DNA from: an uncultured Gammaproteobacteria bacterium
Lineage (GTDB): Bacteria; Patescibacteriota; Microgenomatia; UBA8517
Direction: 5' to 3'
Assembly (NCBI GenBank): GCA_964502815.1
Contig: CAZCXV010000002.1
Span: 22,802 to 86,801 of the forward strand
DNA: 64,000 nucleotides
Of the stretch, positions 9,425 to 18,580 are shown piece by piece. A program made the position numbers and the translations under genes. The stretch's first letter is position 1, and every line of letters begins with the position of its first letter. Below the pieces are notes generated by a model. That model was not told the origin of the DNA. It was given only the letters and a program-made list of their open reading frames with translations, and made no database searches.

Positions 9425-9484
9425 CAGGCTTTCAAAGAAGCTTGTAGAAATATTCTAACTTCCATGCTTTCTTTAACTCCAGGG

Positions 9485-10105
9485 CTATTTTACCATTTTT
9501 TTAAAAACGGCGTCAATTGTCTCCCAACTAAAGCCTTTCCTGGCCAAGAAGCCAGCTAGCTTAGCCTTAGCATTTTCATCGGGCAGCTTTTCTATTAAAG
9601 ACTTTTTCTTGAGTGCTAGTTGGTAGGCAACTTCAACTTCATCTAAAATAGTGTCTTCCAGAACTACGTCAATTATTTGTCTGTTAATGCCTTTTTGTTG
9701 AAGTTCAATTTTTAGAAGCCTTTTGCTTCTTGGTCTGAAACTATTTCTTTCTTGAACCCACCATCTGGCAAATTTTTCATCACCAATCAGTTCATACTTG
9801 GCTAGCTTGTTAAAAAGTTCCTCATGCAAAGATGTATGCACTTCTTTTCTTCTTAGGTAGTCTCTGAGTTCTTTTTCGCTTCTAGGCCTGGTCATTGCAA
9901 ACTTCAAAAGCTTTTCCAAGGTCTTTTGAAACTCCGCCTTTTTGATAATATTTTCTATTTCCTCTTCTGACAGTTCTTGATCTACTTTTAAACCCAAAAT
10001 TACAAAATTATCTAAATCAATTCCGAAACCAAATTTATTATCTAAGTAGACATTAACCCTATCGGTCTTTTTCTTTTGTTGTTTTATGAAAGTAATTCTT
10101 GGCAT
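9485..10105 (-). CDS. recX: Regulatory protein RecX
   Basis: RPRSEKEL, DEKFARWW, ELQQKGI, LARKGF; downstream of recA. Confidence 0.9.
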   Translation of the reverse strand: MPRITFIKQQKKKTDRVNVYLDNKFGFGIDLDNFVILGLKVDQELSEEEIENIIKKAEFQKTLEKLLKFAMTRPRSEKELRDYLRRKEVHTSLHEELFNKLAKYELIGDEKFARWWVQERNSFRPRSKRLLKIELQQKGINRQIIDVVLEDTILDEVEVAYQLALKKKSLIEKLPDENAKAKLAGFLARKGFSWETIDAVFKKMVK

Positions 10106-10854
10106 TATTGTTCCAGAAGGAACTCTAGCATTGGGACGACATACGACAACCTTTTGCCCACATCATCTTTTTCTACTTTGTTTTTCAATTCTTCCAAATC
10201 GATGTCTAATATGAACGGGTCTTCCCACGACAGCCAATCAACATTTTTTGTCTGAATTTTGTCTTTTAGTCGAAGTATCATTTCCGATAAAATCGTTAAG
10301 TCTTTCTGTTTAACAGTCGGCATTATTTCTACCAAATCACCAGCAGGAGCGGCCAAGTGACACCAGGCAAAATCGAGAGTTTTCTCAAAAAGAATTTCAC
10401 CAACTTTAGTTAAAGCTGACTCAGCTGCATAATATTTTAAGGGGTGACTTGCCCAGGCTTTCTTGCTTCTCATGTATAAAACCGGGTTTTTAAAATTAAC
10501 ACTCTCTTTAATATCCGCTACAAATTCTTCTTTATGTTCTCCCAATAAGACAAATAGTAGCCTATCTGCAGAAGTCAAATGAATAATCTCATTGTTTGAT
10601 ACAATCTCAGCTCCTCTTTTATATACTGATACAAAATGGTCTCCAATTTGAGAATCTTTAGGATTTGAGACAATTTCAAAAAAACTGTCTTTAGCTAATG
10701 CTTCAATATATTCCTGCTGTAATTCAAAAGTGGCAGGGGAAAAACCAACGACACATTTAGAGAAAAGTAATTTCAGATCGGGAATTGCTTTTTCTAATAA
10801 TGAAATTATTCTGCCATTTTTGTCATGAAGAGGAAAAGCTATTATTGGAGGCAT
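10105..10854 (-). CDS. Hypothetical protein (possible GT-A-like fold) between recA and recX
   Basis: 249-aa ORF from ATG 10854, with TGcTATAAT 6 nt upstream. The longer ORF-track version overlaps recA. Confidence 0.65.
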   Translation of the reverse strand: MPPIIAFPLHDKNGRIISLLEKAIPDLKLLFSKCVVGFSPATFELQQEYIEALAKDSFFEIVSNPKDSQIGDHFVSVYKRGAEIVSNNEIIHLTSADRLLFVLLGEHKEEFVADIKESVNFKNPVLYMRSKKAWASHPLKYYAAESALTKVGEILFEKTLDFAWCHLAAPAGDLVEIMPTVKQKDLTILSEMILRLKDKIQTKNVDWLSWEDPFILDIDLEELKNKVEKDDVGKRLSYVVPMLEFLLEQ

Positions 10855-10882
10855 AGGTATATTATAGCAACTAATCTCTAAG

Positions 10883-11962
10883 TTATTCTTCTTTTGTTTC
10901 GCCAATTTCATTTGGAAGTGGCTTTTTACTTGCAGAAACTGATTCCCTAATTTTCTTGTCCAAATCTTCTGCAAACTTTGAATTATCTTTAATATAAGTT
11001 TTGGCTCCTTCTCTACCTTGGGCAATTATTTTTCCTTCATAGCTGAAAAAAGATCCAGCTTTGGTAATTATTCCCAGTTCTGTCCCAACATCTAGAAGTC
11101 CACCTGACTTGGAAATGCCTTCGTCATTCATAATGTCAAACTCGGCGACCTTTAGAGGGGGGGCGACTTTATTTTTGACAACTCTAACTCTGGCTCGCAT
11201 ACCAATTGCATTATCTCCATCCTTAATGGTTTCGATTCTTCTAATATCAAGCCTGATTGAAGAGTAAAACTTCAGAGCCAACCCTCCTGGCGTTGTTTCT
11301 GGATTGCCAAACATCACTCCAATCTTTTGTCTTAGTTGGTTGGTAAAGAGTAGAATCGTTTTTGATTTGCTGATTGCTCCAGTTAATTTTCTTAAGGCCT
11401 GGCTCATAAGCCTGGCCTGCATACCCATAACCGAGTCGCCCATTTCGCCTTCTAACTCTGCTCTTGGCACTAAGGCTGCAACAGAATCCACAACTATTAC
11501 ATCTACCGCTCCAGAACGAATTAAGGTTTCAGTAATTTCCAAAGCTTGTTCACCAGTGTCTGGCTGGGACAATAGCAAATCATCTAAGTTAACTCCAAGT
11601 ATTTGGGCTCTCACAGGATCCAAGGCGTGTTCCGCATCAACAAAAGCTACTTGCCCACCTTTCTTTTGCGCTTCAGCAATGATATGCAAACAAACTGTGG
11701 TTTTGCCACTTGCCTCCGGACCATAGATCTCTATAATTCTTCCTCTAGGAACTCCACCAACGCCGAGGGCCAAATCCAGTGCGATAGAACCGGTTGGAAT
11801 AACATCTATTTTTGAATCCGGAGCTTTCTGACCAAGTCTCATAATAGAGCCCTTTCCATACTGCTTTTCAATTTGTTCCATCGCTAACTTAATAGCTTGG
11901 AGCTTTTCTGAGCCTTGAGTTTGGGGTTTTGTTGTTGGTGTTTCTTTTTTTACTTTTGCCAC
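10883..11962 (-). CDS. recA: Recombinase A
   Basis: [34 protein letters not shown]; probable GTG start at 11962. Confidence 0.98.
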   Translation of the reverse strand: MAKVKKETPTTKPQTQGSEKLQAIKLAMEQIEKQYGKGSIMRLGQKAPDSKIDVIPTGSIALDLALGVGGVPRGRIIEIYGPEASGKTTVCLHIIAEAQKKGGQVAFVDAEHALDPVRAQILGVNLDDLLLSQPDTGEQALEITETLIRSGAVDVIVVDSVAALVPRAELEGEMGDSVMGMQARLMSQALRKLTGAISKSKTILLFTNQLRQKIGVMFGNPETTPGGLALKFYSSIRLDIRRIETIKDGDNAIGMRARVRVVKNKVAPPLKVAEFDIMNDEGISKSGGLLDVGTELGIITKAGSFFSYEGKIIAQGREGAKTYIKDNSKFAEDLDKKIRESVSASKKPLPNEIGETKEE

Positions 11963-12079
11963 TTGTGCTAAGGTTATAAGCAAAACTTGCAACTATTACA
12001 GGCTTCGCTGTAACGTTATAGCAAGTCCTGTAGTTAAATGCAATAGGTTATTTGCAAATCAATTTGTTAAAATGGAAAC

Positions 12080-12658
12080 ATAGATATCGATTTAACTGAA
12101 AGCCTAAAATTATTAAAGCAAGGTTACATTGGCGTTCTCCCTACCGACACTGTTTATGGTATTCATGCACAAGCGTTAGATAAAAATGCAGTTGAGAAAG
12201 TATATGACATAAGAGATAGAAATCCCAAAAAGCCTTTTATTATTTTAATTTCCCAAATAGGAAACTTGAAGCTTTTTAATATCGATATAGATTCTAAAAC
12301 TCAAAAATTCTTGAAGAATCACTGGCCAGACAGATTAAGTGTAATTCTTGATTGCAACCAGGAAAAATTTAAATATCTTCATAGAGGAACAAACACCCTT
12401 GCATTCAGGCTACCCAAAAAACCCGACTTGATTGATATCTTGAAAGAAACAGGGCCATTAATTTCAACCAGCGTTAATCCAGAAGGATTAGAACCGGCAA
12501 AAAACATCCAGGAAGCAAAAAACTATTTTGGAAACAAACTAGACTTCTACGTAGAGGATGCCTCTGTCAACCTTATTTCATCCCCATCAACAGTAATTAA
12601 GATAGATAGTGAAGGAAAAGTTGAAATAGTTAGACAGGGAATAGTAAAAATCACTTAA
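12080..12658 (+). CDS. tsaC: L-threonylcarbamoyladenylate synthase (Sua5/YrdC), non-canonical start
   Basis: Frame is open from 12071 and contains PTDTVYG, R.PKKP, STSVN and PSTV. No in-frame ATG/GTG/TTG occurs before 12266; ATA at 12080. Confidence 0.8.
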   Translation: MDIDLTESLKLLKQGYIGVLPTDTVYGIHAQALDKNAVEKVYDIRDRNPKKPFIILISQIGNLKLFNIDIDSKTQKFLKNHWPDRLSVILDCNQEKFKYLHRGTNTLAFRLPKKPDLIDILKETGPLISTSVNPEGLEPAKNIQEAKNYFGNKLDFYVEDASVNLISSPSTVIKIDSEGKVEIVRQGIVKIT

Positions 12659-12666
12659 TTCTAAAT

Positions 12667-12737
12667 TCGGGGAAAGAAGAATTGAACTTCTACCGGACCG
12701 ACCCCATCGGCCCATTCTACCGTTAAACTATTCCCCG
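12667..12737 (-). tRNA. tRNA-Pro (GGG), CCA not encoded
   Basis: CGGGGAA/TTCCCCG acceptor stem, anticodon arm GGCCG-ATGGGGT-CGGTC, T arm AGAAG-TTCAATT-CTTCT, discriminator A. Confidence 0.9.
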
Positions 12738-12810
12738 TTCTGAAAAGTTCCAGAACAGTTGTATTTTAGCATCCATAAGACATTAATTGAAGAATTGAAG
12801 CCAAAAAAAA

Positions 12811-13947
12811 TTATTTTTTTGCAGAAAGAAAGTAAGCAGTCAAGGTAGTAACAGGAACCGCAAGAACAATAGTTCCCATAGTTGAAATAAGCCTAATAAT
12901 CTCACCCATCATAAACTCACTGTTAAAGGTAACCCAGAAAGGAACAGTTTTATTTATCCCAAAAAGCATGATTAAAGGGAGGCTGGTACCTACAATTACC
13001 AAAAAAACTACCGCTAGATAATGTGAAATATTATTGTCCGAATTAATTAATATCTTCGTCACAAGCTTGCCACCTTTTAATTGTTTGTTGTCCACTTTAA
13101 TCATATCAACAAACTCTATCTGCTTTTTAGCAACAAAGGCAACTATTCCCAAGACACCCACACTAATGCCTGCAATAAGCAAGTTTTTGAGTCCCAAGGC
13201 ATCAACTGCACCAGTCTGCAGAAAAATTGCTTCCTGACTGCCTGATCCAGTCAAGGCAGTTTTACTGACCAAAAGGTAAGTCATACCAAAACCAAGAAGG
13301 GCAGTTATTAGAGATGATATAAAAATAAGGGTATTTTTCCTACTGACTCCAAAGCCGATAAAGACAATAAGACCCAATATTAAAAGCAGTGAAACAATGG
13401 TTACTGGCATAGCAGTTGGAGAGGCAATAAGTCTTGGAACCAGGTATTTGTAGGCAACAACCAAGCTGCCAAGAAGCGCCACCAGCATACCCATATTTTT
13501 ACCCCGACCAAGAATTGCCCAAAGAGCTAGAATAACCATGAAAACCATAGCGATATTTATTAGCCTAAATCTATCAGCAATGTAGTAAATCTCTCCTTCT
13601 GGCTGAAAAGCTTTAGTCACAACAACTAATTCTCCAGATTTTACTTTTTGCTCGGCGGTTATCGAAAATAGACTTCCGTGATCTATTTCAATCTCTTTGC
13701 CTTTTTCTGTCCCACTCAATATACTCAGTTTTACTTTCTGAAAAGGTTGAATTACTCCTTGGCCTAAATCCTTGTCTCCCTCTTCAACCATCTGAGATAC
13801 TTTTGCAAGGTAGAACTCGCTTGACTTGGGAGTGAACTCCTGGTTAACAGCCTCTTCTGGAGAAGGGCTTTGTTCTTGAGCCAGGGAAAAACCAGAAACG
13901 CCAAAGAAAATTGCTAATGAAAGTAGAAGTACTAGTATCTTTTTCAT
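12811..13947 (-). CDS. YibE/F-family membrane protein
   Basis: Signal peptide, beta-rich extracellular domain, D..R then multi-TM with GTSLPL, EIIR and AVPVTT. Confidence 0.8.
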   Translation of the reverse strand: MKKILVLLLSLAIFFGVSGFSLAQEQSPSPEEAVNQEFTPKSSEFYLAKVSQMVEEGDKDLGQGVIQPFQKVKLSILSGTEKGKEIEIDHGSLFSITAEQKVKSGELVVVTKAFQPEGEIYYIADRFRLINIAMVFMVILALWAILGRGKNMGMLVALLGSLVVAYKYLVPRLIASPTAMPVTIVSLLLILGLIVFIGFGVSRKNTLIFISSLITALLGFGMTYLLVSKTALTGSGSQEAIFLQTGAVDALGLKNLLIAGISVGVLGIVAFVAKKQIEFVDMIKVDNKQLKGGKLVTKILINSDNNISHYLAVVFLVIVGTSLPLIMLFGINKTVPFWVTFNSEFMMGEIIRLISTMGTIVLAVPVTTLTAYFLSAKK

Positions 13948-13997
13948 TTTCCTAAACCGACAGATTCGATTATATAATATAATGAATTAACTACACA

Positions 13998-14495
13998 ATG
14001 ACAAAAACCAATTTAGGATTATATGTTAGAAACTTTACCTTCGGAGTTGAAGATAGTTTAGTTTCAACTGTGGGGCTATTATCAGGAGTGGCAGTCGCAG
14101 GTCTTTCAGAAAAAGATATTTTTACAACCGGCGTAATCTTAATTTTTGTCGAAGCTCTGTCAATGGGATCGGGAAGTTTTCTTTCAGAACACGCGACTGA
14201 AGAAATTGAAGAAAAAAGAAAATCCTCGTTAACAAAGCCAATCACTGGAGCTATCATTATGTTTTTCTCCTATATCATAGCCGGGCTTATCCCTCTTCTT
14301 CCTTATATCCTTTTTGAAACCAACAAAGCCGTTATCTATTCAATAGTTGCTTCTCTTATTGGTCTTATAGTTCTGGGAGTCATAAATGCACAAACAGTCA
14401 AAAAGGGAATACTCAGACACGCTTTGGAAATGGTTTTTATTGGTGGAACCTCAATTCTTGTTGGGATAATTGTCGGTAAATTTTTAGGCAGGTAA
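13998..14495 (+). CDS. VIT1/CCC1 family Fe/Mn transporter
   Basis: FGVEDSLVST, ALSMGSGSFLS, GLIPLLPY. Confidence 0.9.
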   Translation: MTKTNLGLYVRNFTFGVEDSLVSTVGLLSGVAVAGLSEKDIFTTGVILIFVEALSMGSGSFLSEHATEEIEEKRKSSLTKPITGAIIMFFSYIIAGLIPLLPYILFETNKAVIYSIVASLIGLIVLGVINAQTVKKGILRHALEMVFIGGTSILVGIIVGKFLGR

Positions 14496-14497
14496 GA

Positions 14498-14908
14498 TTA
14501 CCTCTTTGGAGACTGTTTCTTTCTTCGGGCTTTCCCACCCATACCAACTTTTCTTCTTTCACGAGTTCTGTCATCTCTAGTCAAAAGTCCAGCTTTTTTG
14601 AGTGGAGACCTATATTTTTCTGAATTTAGTTTCTCAATTGTCCTTGCAATACCTAAAACTACTGCCCCAAGTTGGCCAATGTTTCCTCCACCAATTACTT
14701 TGATGGTTGCATAATGTTTGCCAGTCAGTTGGGATATTTCAAAAGGTTTCATCCATTTGGCTCTATTAATAACTCCCGAAAAATATTGACCAATTGGCTG
14801 ATCATTAACCATAGTTTGACCATCACCCTTGTAAAGTCTCACTCTAGCGGAAGATGATCTCCTTCTTCCTACTGCATAAATGTAATCTTTTTTTGCTTTA
14901 GTTGTCAT
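14498..14908 (-). CDS. rpsI: 30S ribosomal protein S9
   Basis: GRRRSSSARV, LTRDDRTRERRK, C-terminal KR. Confidence 0.97.
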   Translation of the reverse strand: MTTKAKKDYIYAVGRRRSSSARVRLYKGDGQTMVNDQPIGQYFSGVINRAKWMKPFEISQLTGKHYATIKVIGGGNIGQLGAVVLGIARTIEKLNSEKYRSPLKKAGLLTRDDRTRERRKVGMGGKARRKKQSPKR

Positions 14909-14910
14909 AG

Positions 14911-15330
14911 TTATTTGTTTTCAAATTTGCTTGTAAATTTATGTGTCTCTCCAGAAAAAACCTTTAGTCGAGCCATTCTTTTGTCCCGAAGCCTATTATC
15001 GGCTAGCATTCTTTTGACTGCAAGCTCAATAATTCTAGCTGGTCTTTCCAGTCTTAATTTTGATAGCTTTACCTCCTTAAAGCCTCCAGGGTAACCCGAG
15101 TGGCTGTAGTAAGTTTTTTGCTTTTCTTTACCACCTGTTACTTTTACTTCTTTGGCGTTAATTACTACTACATAGTCCCCGCTGTCCATGTGAGCCGAAT
15201 AGCCAGGTTTATATTTACCGGTAAGATAGATGGCAATTTTGGTTGCCATCCTTCCCAATATTTGATCTTTGACATCTACTAAATGCCAAACCCGTTTTAC
15301 TTCAGCTTGTTTTGGTTGATATGTTTTCAT
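14911..15330 (-). CDS. rplM: 50S ribosomal protein L13
   Basis: WHLVD, LGRMA, GDYVVVINA, HSGYPGG. Confidence 0.97.
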   Translation of the reverse strand: MKTYQPKQAEVKRVWHLVDVKDQILGRMATKIAIYLTGKYKPGYSAHMDSGDYVVVINAKEVKVTGGKEKQKTYYSHSGYPGGFKEVKLSKLRLERPARIIELAVKRMLADNRLRDKRMARLKVFSGETHKFTSKFENK

Positions 15331-15334
15331 GTCT

Positions 15335-15844
15335 TTATTTCTTTCCTTTCTTGGCAGATGCTGCCTTCTTGGCCACAGTCTTTTTTGCAGGTGCAGCTTT
15401 TTTAATAGTCTTAATAGCTGGTTTTACAGCTACTTTGTTAACTGGCTTAGTTTTTTTGGTCTTGGTTTCTTTTTTTACTTCACTAGCTTTATCAACAAGC
15501 TCCAATCTAACAATCTCTGCACGGTCACCCTTTCGTGGCCCAAAGTTAATAATTCTGGTAAAGCCCGAGTTTCTCTGATTAGCTGCAACACTATACTTAA
15601 CCCACAGATCTTCTAAGGTCTGTCGATCATTTCCGATAATCTCAGCTGCTCTTCTTTTAGAAGCCAAAGAGTTAATTCTCACTAGTTTCATTAAGTGGTC
15701 TATCTCGACTTGTACCGACTTTGCTTTGGCAATAGTAGTTTTAATTCCTCCACCAAAAACCAAAGATCTAACTTGAGATCTAAACAAAGCCTTCCTGGCA
15801 CCTGAACCGCGAGAAAGATGTCTGCCAAATACTTTTTTACGCAT
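15335..15844 (-). CDS. rplQ: 50S ribosomal protein L17 with Lys/Ala-rich tail
   Basis: IKTTIAKAK, GFTRI, RKGDRAE; follows rpoA. Confidence 0.93.
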   Translation of the reverse strand: MRKKVFGRHLSRGSGARKALFRSQVRSLVFGGGIKTTIAKAKSVQVEIDHLMKLVRINSLASKRRAAEIIGNDRQTLEDLWVKYSVAANQRNSGFTRIINFGPRKGDRAEIVRLELVDKASEVKKETKTKKTKPVNKVAVKPAIKTIKKAAPAKKTVAKKAASAKKGKK

Positions 15845-16778
15845 TGGTTAACTCCACTCCCTTCTCAGCAAGTGCTGCTTTAACTATCTTTAAAGACTTA
15901 TCTCCCAAGTTTCTGACTTTTAGTAAATCCTCTTTTTTAGCATTGGCCAATCTTTCAACTGTGTCAAAACCAGCTTTAATTAAAGCATTGGCGACACGAG
16001 TTGGAACTCCAACTTCTTCTAAAGAAAGCTTACCAACAGATCCATAAGCCCCACCTTGAGCAGTGGATTCTTCTTGCTGTTCTTTTTCTTCAGAAACTGG
16101 CGTAATAATCTGATTAAAATAAGAAACCAGAATTTGGGCTGCTTTTAAAATTGCGTCCTTTGGACTAGTGGTTCCATCAGTCCAAACTTCTAGGGTTAAT
16201 TTGTCATAGTTAGTCAGTCGTCCAACACGAGTTTCTTCAACTTTGTAGTCGACTCTTTCTACTGGAGAGAAGCTGGCATCAAGTGCGATTACTCCCACTT
16301 TTTCAACACTTCTTTCTTCAGAAGGAAGGTAGCCAACACCAGTTTCAACATCCATTTCAACCTCAAGCTTGGCACCTTTGGCAAGGTTAGCCAAAATAAG
16401 TTCAGGATTTGTAATAGTCACATTGCCGGGAGCTTTAATATCACCTGCTTTAACTGGTCCATCAGTTTTGACCGACAGAGTCAATTTAACAGGCTGGTCA
16501 TCTATGACAGCGATTCTAACTTTTTTCAGATTCAACAGTAAGTCTAAAACATCTTCCTTCATCCCTTTAAGGGTTGAGAATTGATGTTTCACTCCTTGGA
16601 TTCTGACAGTTGTAATAGCTGCGCCAGGAAGAGATGACAAAAGAACTCTCCTTAAGGCTGTTCCTAAAGTATTTCCATAACCATTTGCAAGCGGTGTTAT
16701 CGTAAACTTTGCGTAATTGTTTCCGCTTTTTTCTTCTTTTGTGTCGTTTGATTGTATTATTTCAAAATTAGGTTGCAA
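15837..16778 (-). CDS. rpoA: RNA polymerase alpha subunit
   Basis: GYGNTLGTALRRVLLSS, DASFSPV, alpha-CTD NLGDKS; TTG 16778 follows SD AAGGAGGTGA. Confidence 0.97.
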   Translation of the reverse strand: MQPNFEIIQSNDTKEEKSGNNYAKFTITPLANGYGNTLGTALRRVLLSSLPGAAITTVRIQGVKHQFSTLKGMKEDVLDLLLNLKKVRIAVIDDQPVKLTLSVKTDGPVKAGDIKAPGNVTITNPELILANLAKGAKLEVEMDVETGVGYLPSEERSVEKVGVIALDASFSPVERVDYKVEETRVGRLTNYDKLTLEVWTDGTTSPKDAILKAAQILVSYFNQIITPVSEEKEQQEESTAQGGAYGSVGKLSLEEVGVPTRVANALIKAGFDTVERLANAKKEDLLKVRNLGDKSLKIVKAALAEKGVELTNA

Positions 16779-16803
16779 ACTAATCACCTCCTTAATTACT
16801 TCG

Positions 16804-17406
16804 CTATCGCGAGTAGTACTCGATTATATCTTGTTCAGAAATAGGTTCAAGTACGTCTTCTCTTGCAGGCAGTCTAGTAATCTTCCCCGCTGGCCCTTTT
16901 CTTTCAAGCCAGCCAGGTATTTTAATGTCTTCCACCCCTAAAAGCAATTTAACGGTTGGAATTTCCATTGCTTTGGAAGTTAAGGTAATCATGTCCCCAA
17001 TTTTCACCTGATAGGAAGGAATATTTAATTTTTGACCATTAACTAAAACATGTCTATGAGAAACAAGCTGGCGGGATTGAAATCTGGTTTTTGCAAGTCC
17101 TAATCTAAAAACGACATTGTCCAGTCTTGATTCTAAAAGGGTGAAAAACCTATCGGCCGTATTACCCTTGGATTTTAAGGCTTCTGTCATATATCTTCTG
17201 AATTGCTTTTCAGACATGCCGTACAGTCTTTTGGCTTTTTGCTTCTCTCGAAGCTGTTTGCCATATTGGCTCTGGGCTTTCATCTGTCCCTTTGGTCCAT
17301 GAACACCAGGTGTAACAGCTAATCGAGTTAGCTTCAAACCTTTTCCAAAAAGGTCAAAGCCTTCTCGTCTAGATAATCTATCTTTTGGTCCGATATATTT
17401 TGCCAT
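16804..17406 (-). CDS. rpsD: 30S ribosomal protein S4
   Basis: QLREKQK, LESRLDNVV, IIEYYSR. Confidence 0.97.
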   Translation of the reverse strand: MAKYIGPKDRLSRREGFDLFGKGLKLTRLAVTPGVHGPKGQMKAQSQYGKQLREKQKAKRLYGMSEKQFRRYMTEALKSKGNTADRFFTLLESRLDNVVFRLGLAKTRFQSRQLVSHRHVLVNGQKLNIPSYQVKIGDMITLTSKAMEIPTVKLLLGVEDIKIPGWLERKGPAGKITRLPAREDVLEPISEQDIIEYYSR

Positions 17407-17409
17407 ACC

Positions 17410-17775
17410 TTAAACTCTCCTTTTCTTTTTACTCCTAGGGCCATCGTGCGGCATGGGAGTAACATCTGCAATTTTTGAAATTCTTACCCCTGCTGCCCTA
17501 ATAGCTCTTAAGGCCGAGTCTCGGCCTGCTCCAGGTCCTTTAATATACACTTCTACTTCTTTGACGCCGTTTTCATCTTTGGCCTTTTTGACGACTGCAT
17601 CAACCGCAGTTGTAGCTGCGTATGGAGTGGCTTTTCTGGCACCCTTAAAGCCAGAAGCTCCAGAAGAGCCCCAGGAAAGGGTTCTACCCTCGTCATCAGT
17701 AACTGTTACCAAGGTATTATTGAAACTTGTGGAAACAAATACTTTGCCGGTTTCTGATTGTATTTTTTTTGCCAT
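17410..17775 (-). CDS. rpsK: 30S ribosomal protein S11
   Basis: SFNNT, GFKGARKATPYAA, DVTPMPH. Confidence 0.97.
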   Translation of the reverse strand: MAKKIQSETGKVFVSTSFNNTLVTVTDDEGRTLSWGSSGASGFKGARKATPYAATTAVDAVVKKAKDENGVKEVEVYIKGPGAGRDSALRAIRAAGVRISKIADVTPMPHDGPRSKKKRRV

Positions 17776-17779
17776 ATCT

Positions 17780-18184
17780 TTACTTCTTCACTTGTGTTGC
17801 CTGCATCTTCGCCAACACTTCTTTCTTAAAGGCTCCAACCGTCTTTCTCTTACCTTTTTTGGTTCTAGCATTTGACTTGGTCCTTTGGCCTTTAGATGGA
17901 AGACCTTTTGAATGCCTCATTCCTCTATAGCTTCCAATTGATTGAAGTCTGACTATATCAGTTCTAACTTTTCTTGCCAAATCGCCTTCAGTAAGATATT
18001 TTTCCAGTTCAGAGGTAATTTTTGCTTGTTCTTCAGGGGATAAATCTTTAATTCTTTTGGTGGTATCTAGTTTAGCAGAAGAAAGAACTCTTTTTGCCAA
18101 AGTCCAACCAATACCCTCAATACGAGTTAAAGCGAAATCAACTTTCCAGTTATCATTTAATTCTACTCCTGCGATTCTAGCCAT
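17780..18184 (-). CDS. rpsM: 30S ribosomal protein S13
   Basis: MARIAGV, YRGMRH, GQRTKSNART. Confidence 0.97.
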   Translation of the reverse strand: MARIAGVELNDNWKVDFALTRIEGIGWTLAKRVLSSAKLDTTKRIKDLSPEEQAKITSELEKYLTEGDLARKVRTDIVRLQSIGSYRGMRHSKGLPSKGQRTKSNARTKKGKRKTVGAFKKEVLAKMQATQVKK

Positions 18185-18245
18185 ATTTTTATTTGTCCTT
18201 TCGATATAAACGTTGGCTTTGTTTACATCGTTAGATGAAACAGTG

Positions 18246-18359
18246 TCATCCTTGACGCTGTTTATGTTTTGGATTTACGCAAATAACGTAAAGTACGCCC
18301 TTTCTGCGTACCAATTTACAATCTTTACAAATAGTTTTAATAGAACTTTGAACTTTCAC
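18246..18359 (-). CDS. rpmJ: 50S ribosomal protein L36 (Zn-binding type)
   Basis: Translated by hand from GTG: [37 protein letters not shown]. Not in the ORF track. Confidence 0.95.
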   Translation of the reverse strand: MKVQSSIKTICKDCKLVRRKGVLYVICVNPKHKQRQG

Positions 18360-18364
18360 CGTAA

Positions 18365-18580
18365 TTAAATTTTATAGACAATTCTGCCTCTTTTGTCATC
18401 GTAGGGCGTCATTTCCACCCGGACTTTGTCCCCTGGAAAGACTCTAACATAGTTTTTTCTCATTCTGCCCGAAAGAGTGGTTAAAATCTCCCTGCCGTCT
18501 GTTAGAACTACCTTAAACATAGTATTTGGCAGAGCTTCTCTAATTTCCCCTTCGACTATAGTATTTTTCTTATCGTCCAT
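18365..18580 (-). CDS. infA: Translation initiation factor IF-1
   Basis: [25 protein letters not shown]. Confidence 0.97.
   Translation of the reverse strand: MDDKKNTIVEGEIREALPNTMFKVVLTDGREILTTLSGRMRKNYVRVFPGDKVRVEMTPYDDKRGRIVYKI

Noticed and set aside
10855-11025. Extended N-termini in the ORF track (this ORF; also rpsH to 27467, rplE to 28202, rpsG to 43291, mltG to 52016)
   Set aside because: The extensions overlap neighbouring genes; downstream ATGs fit homology and promoter geometry better
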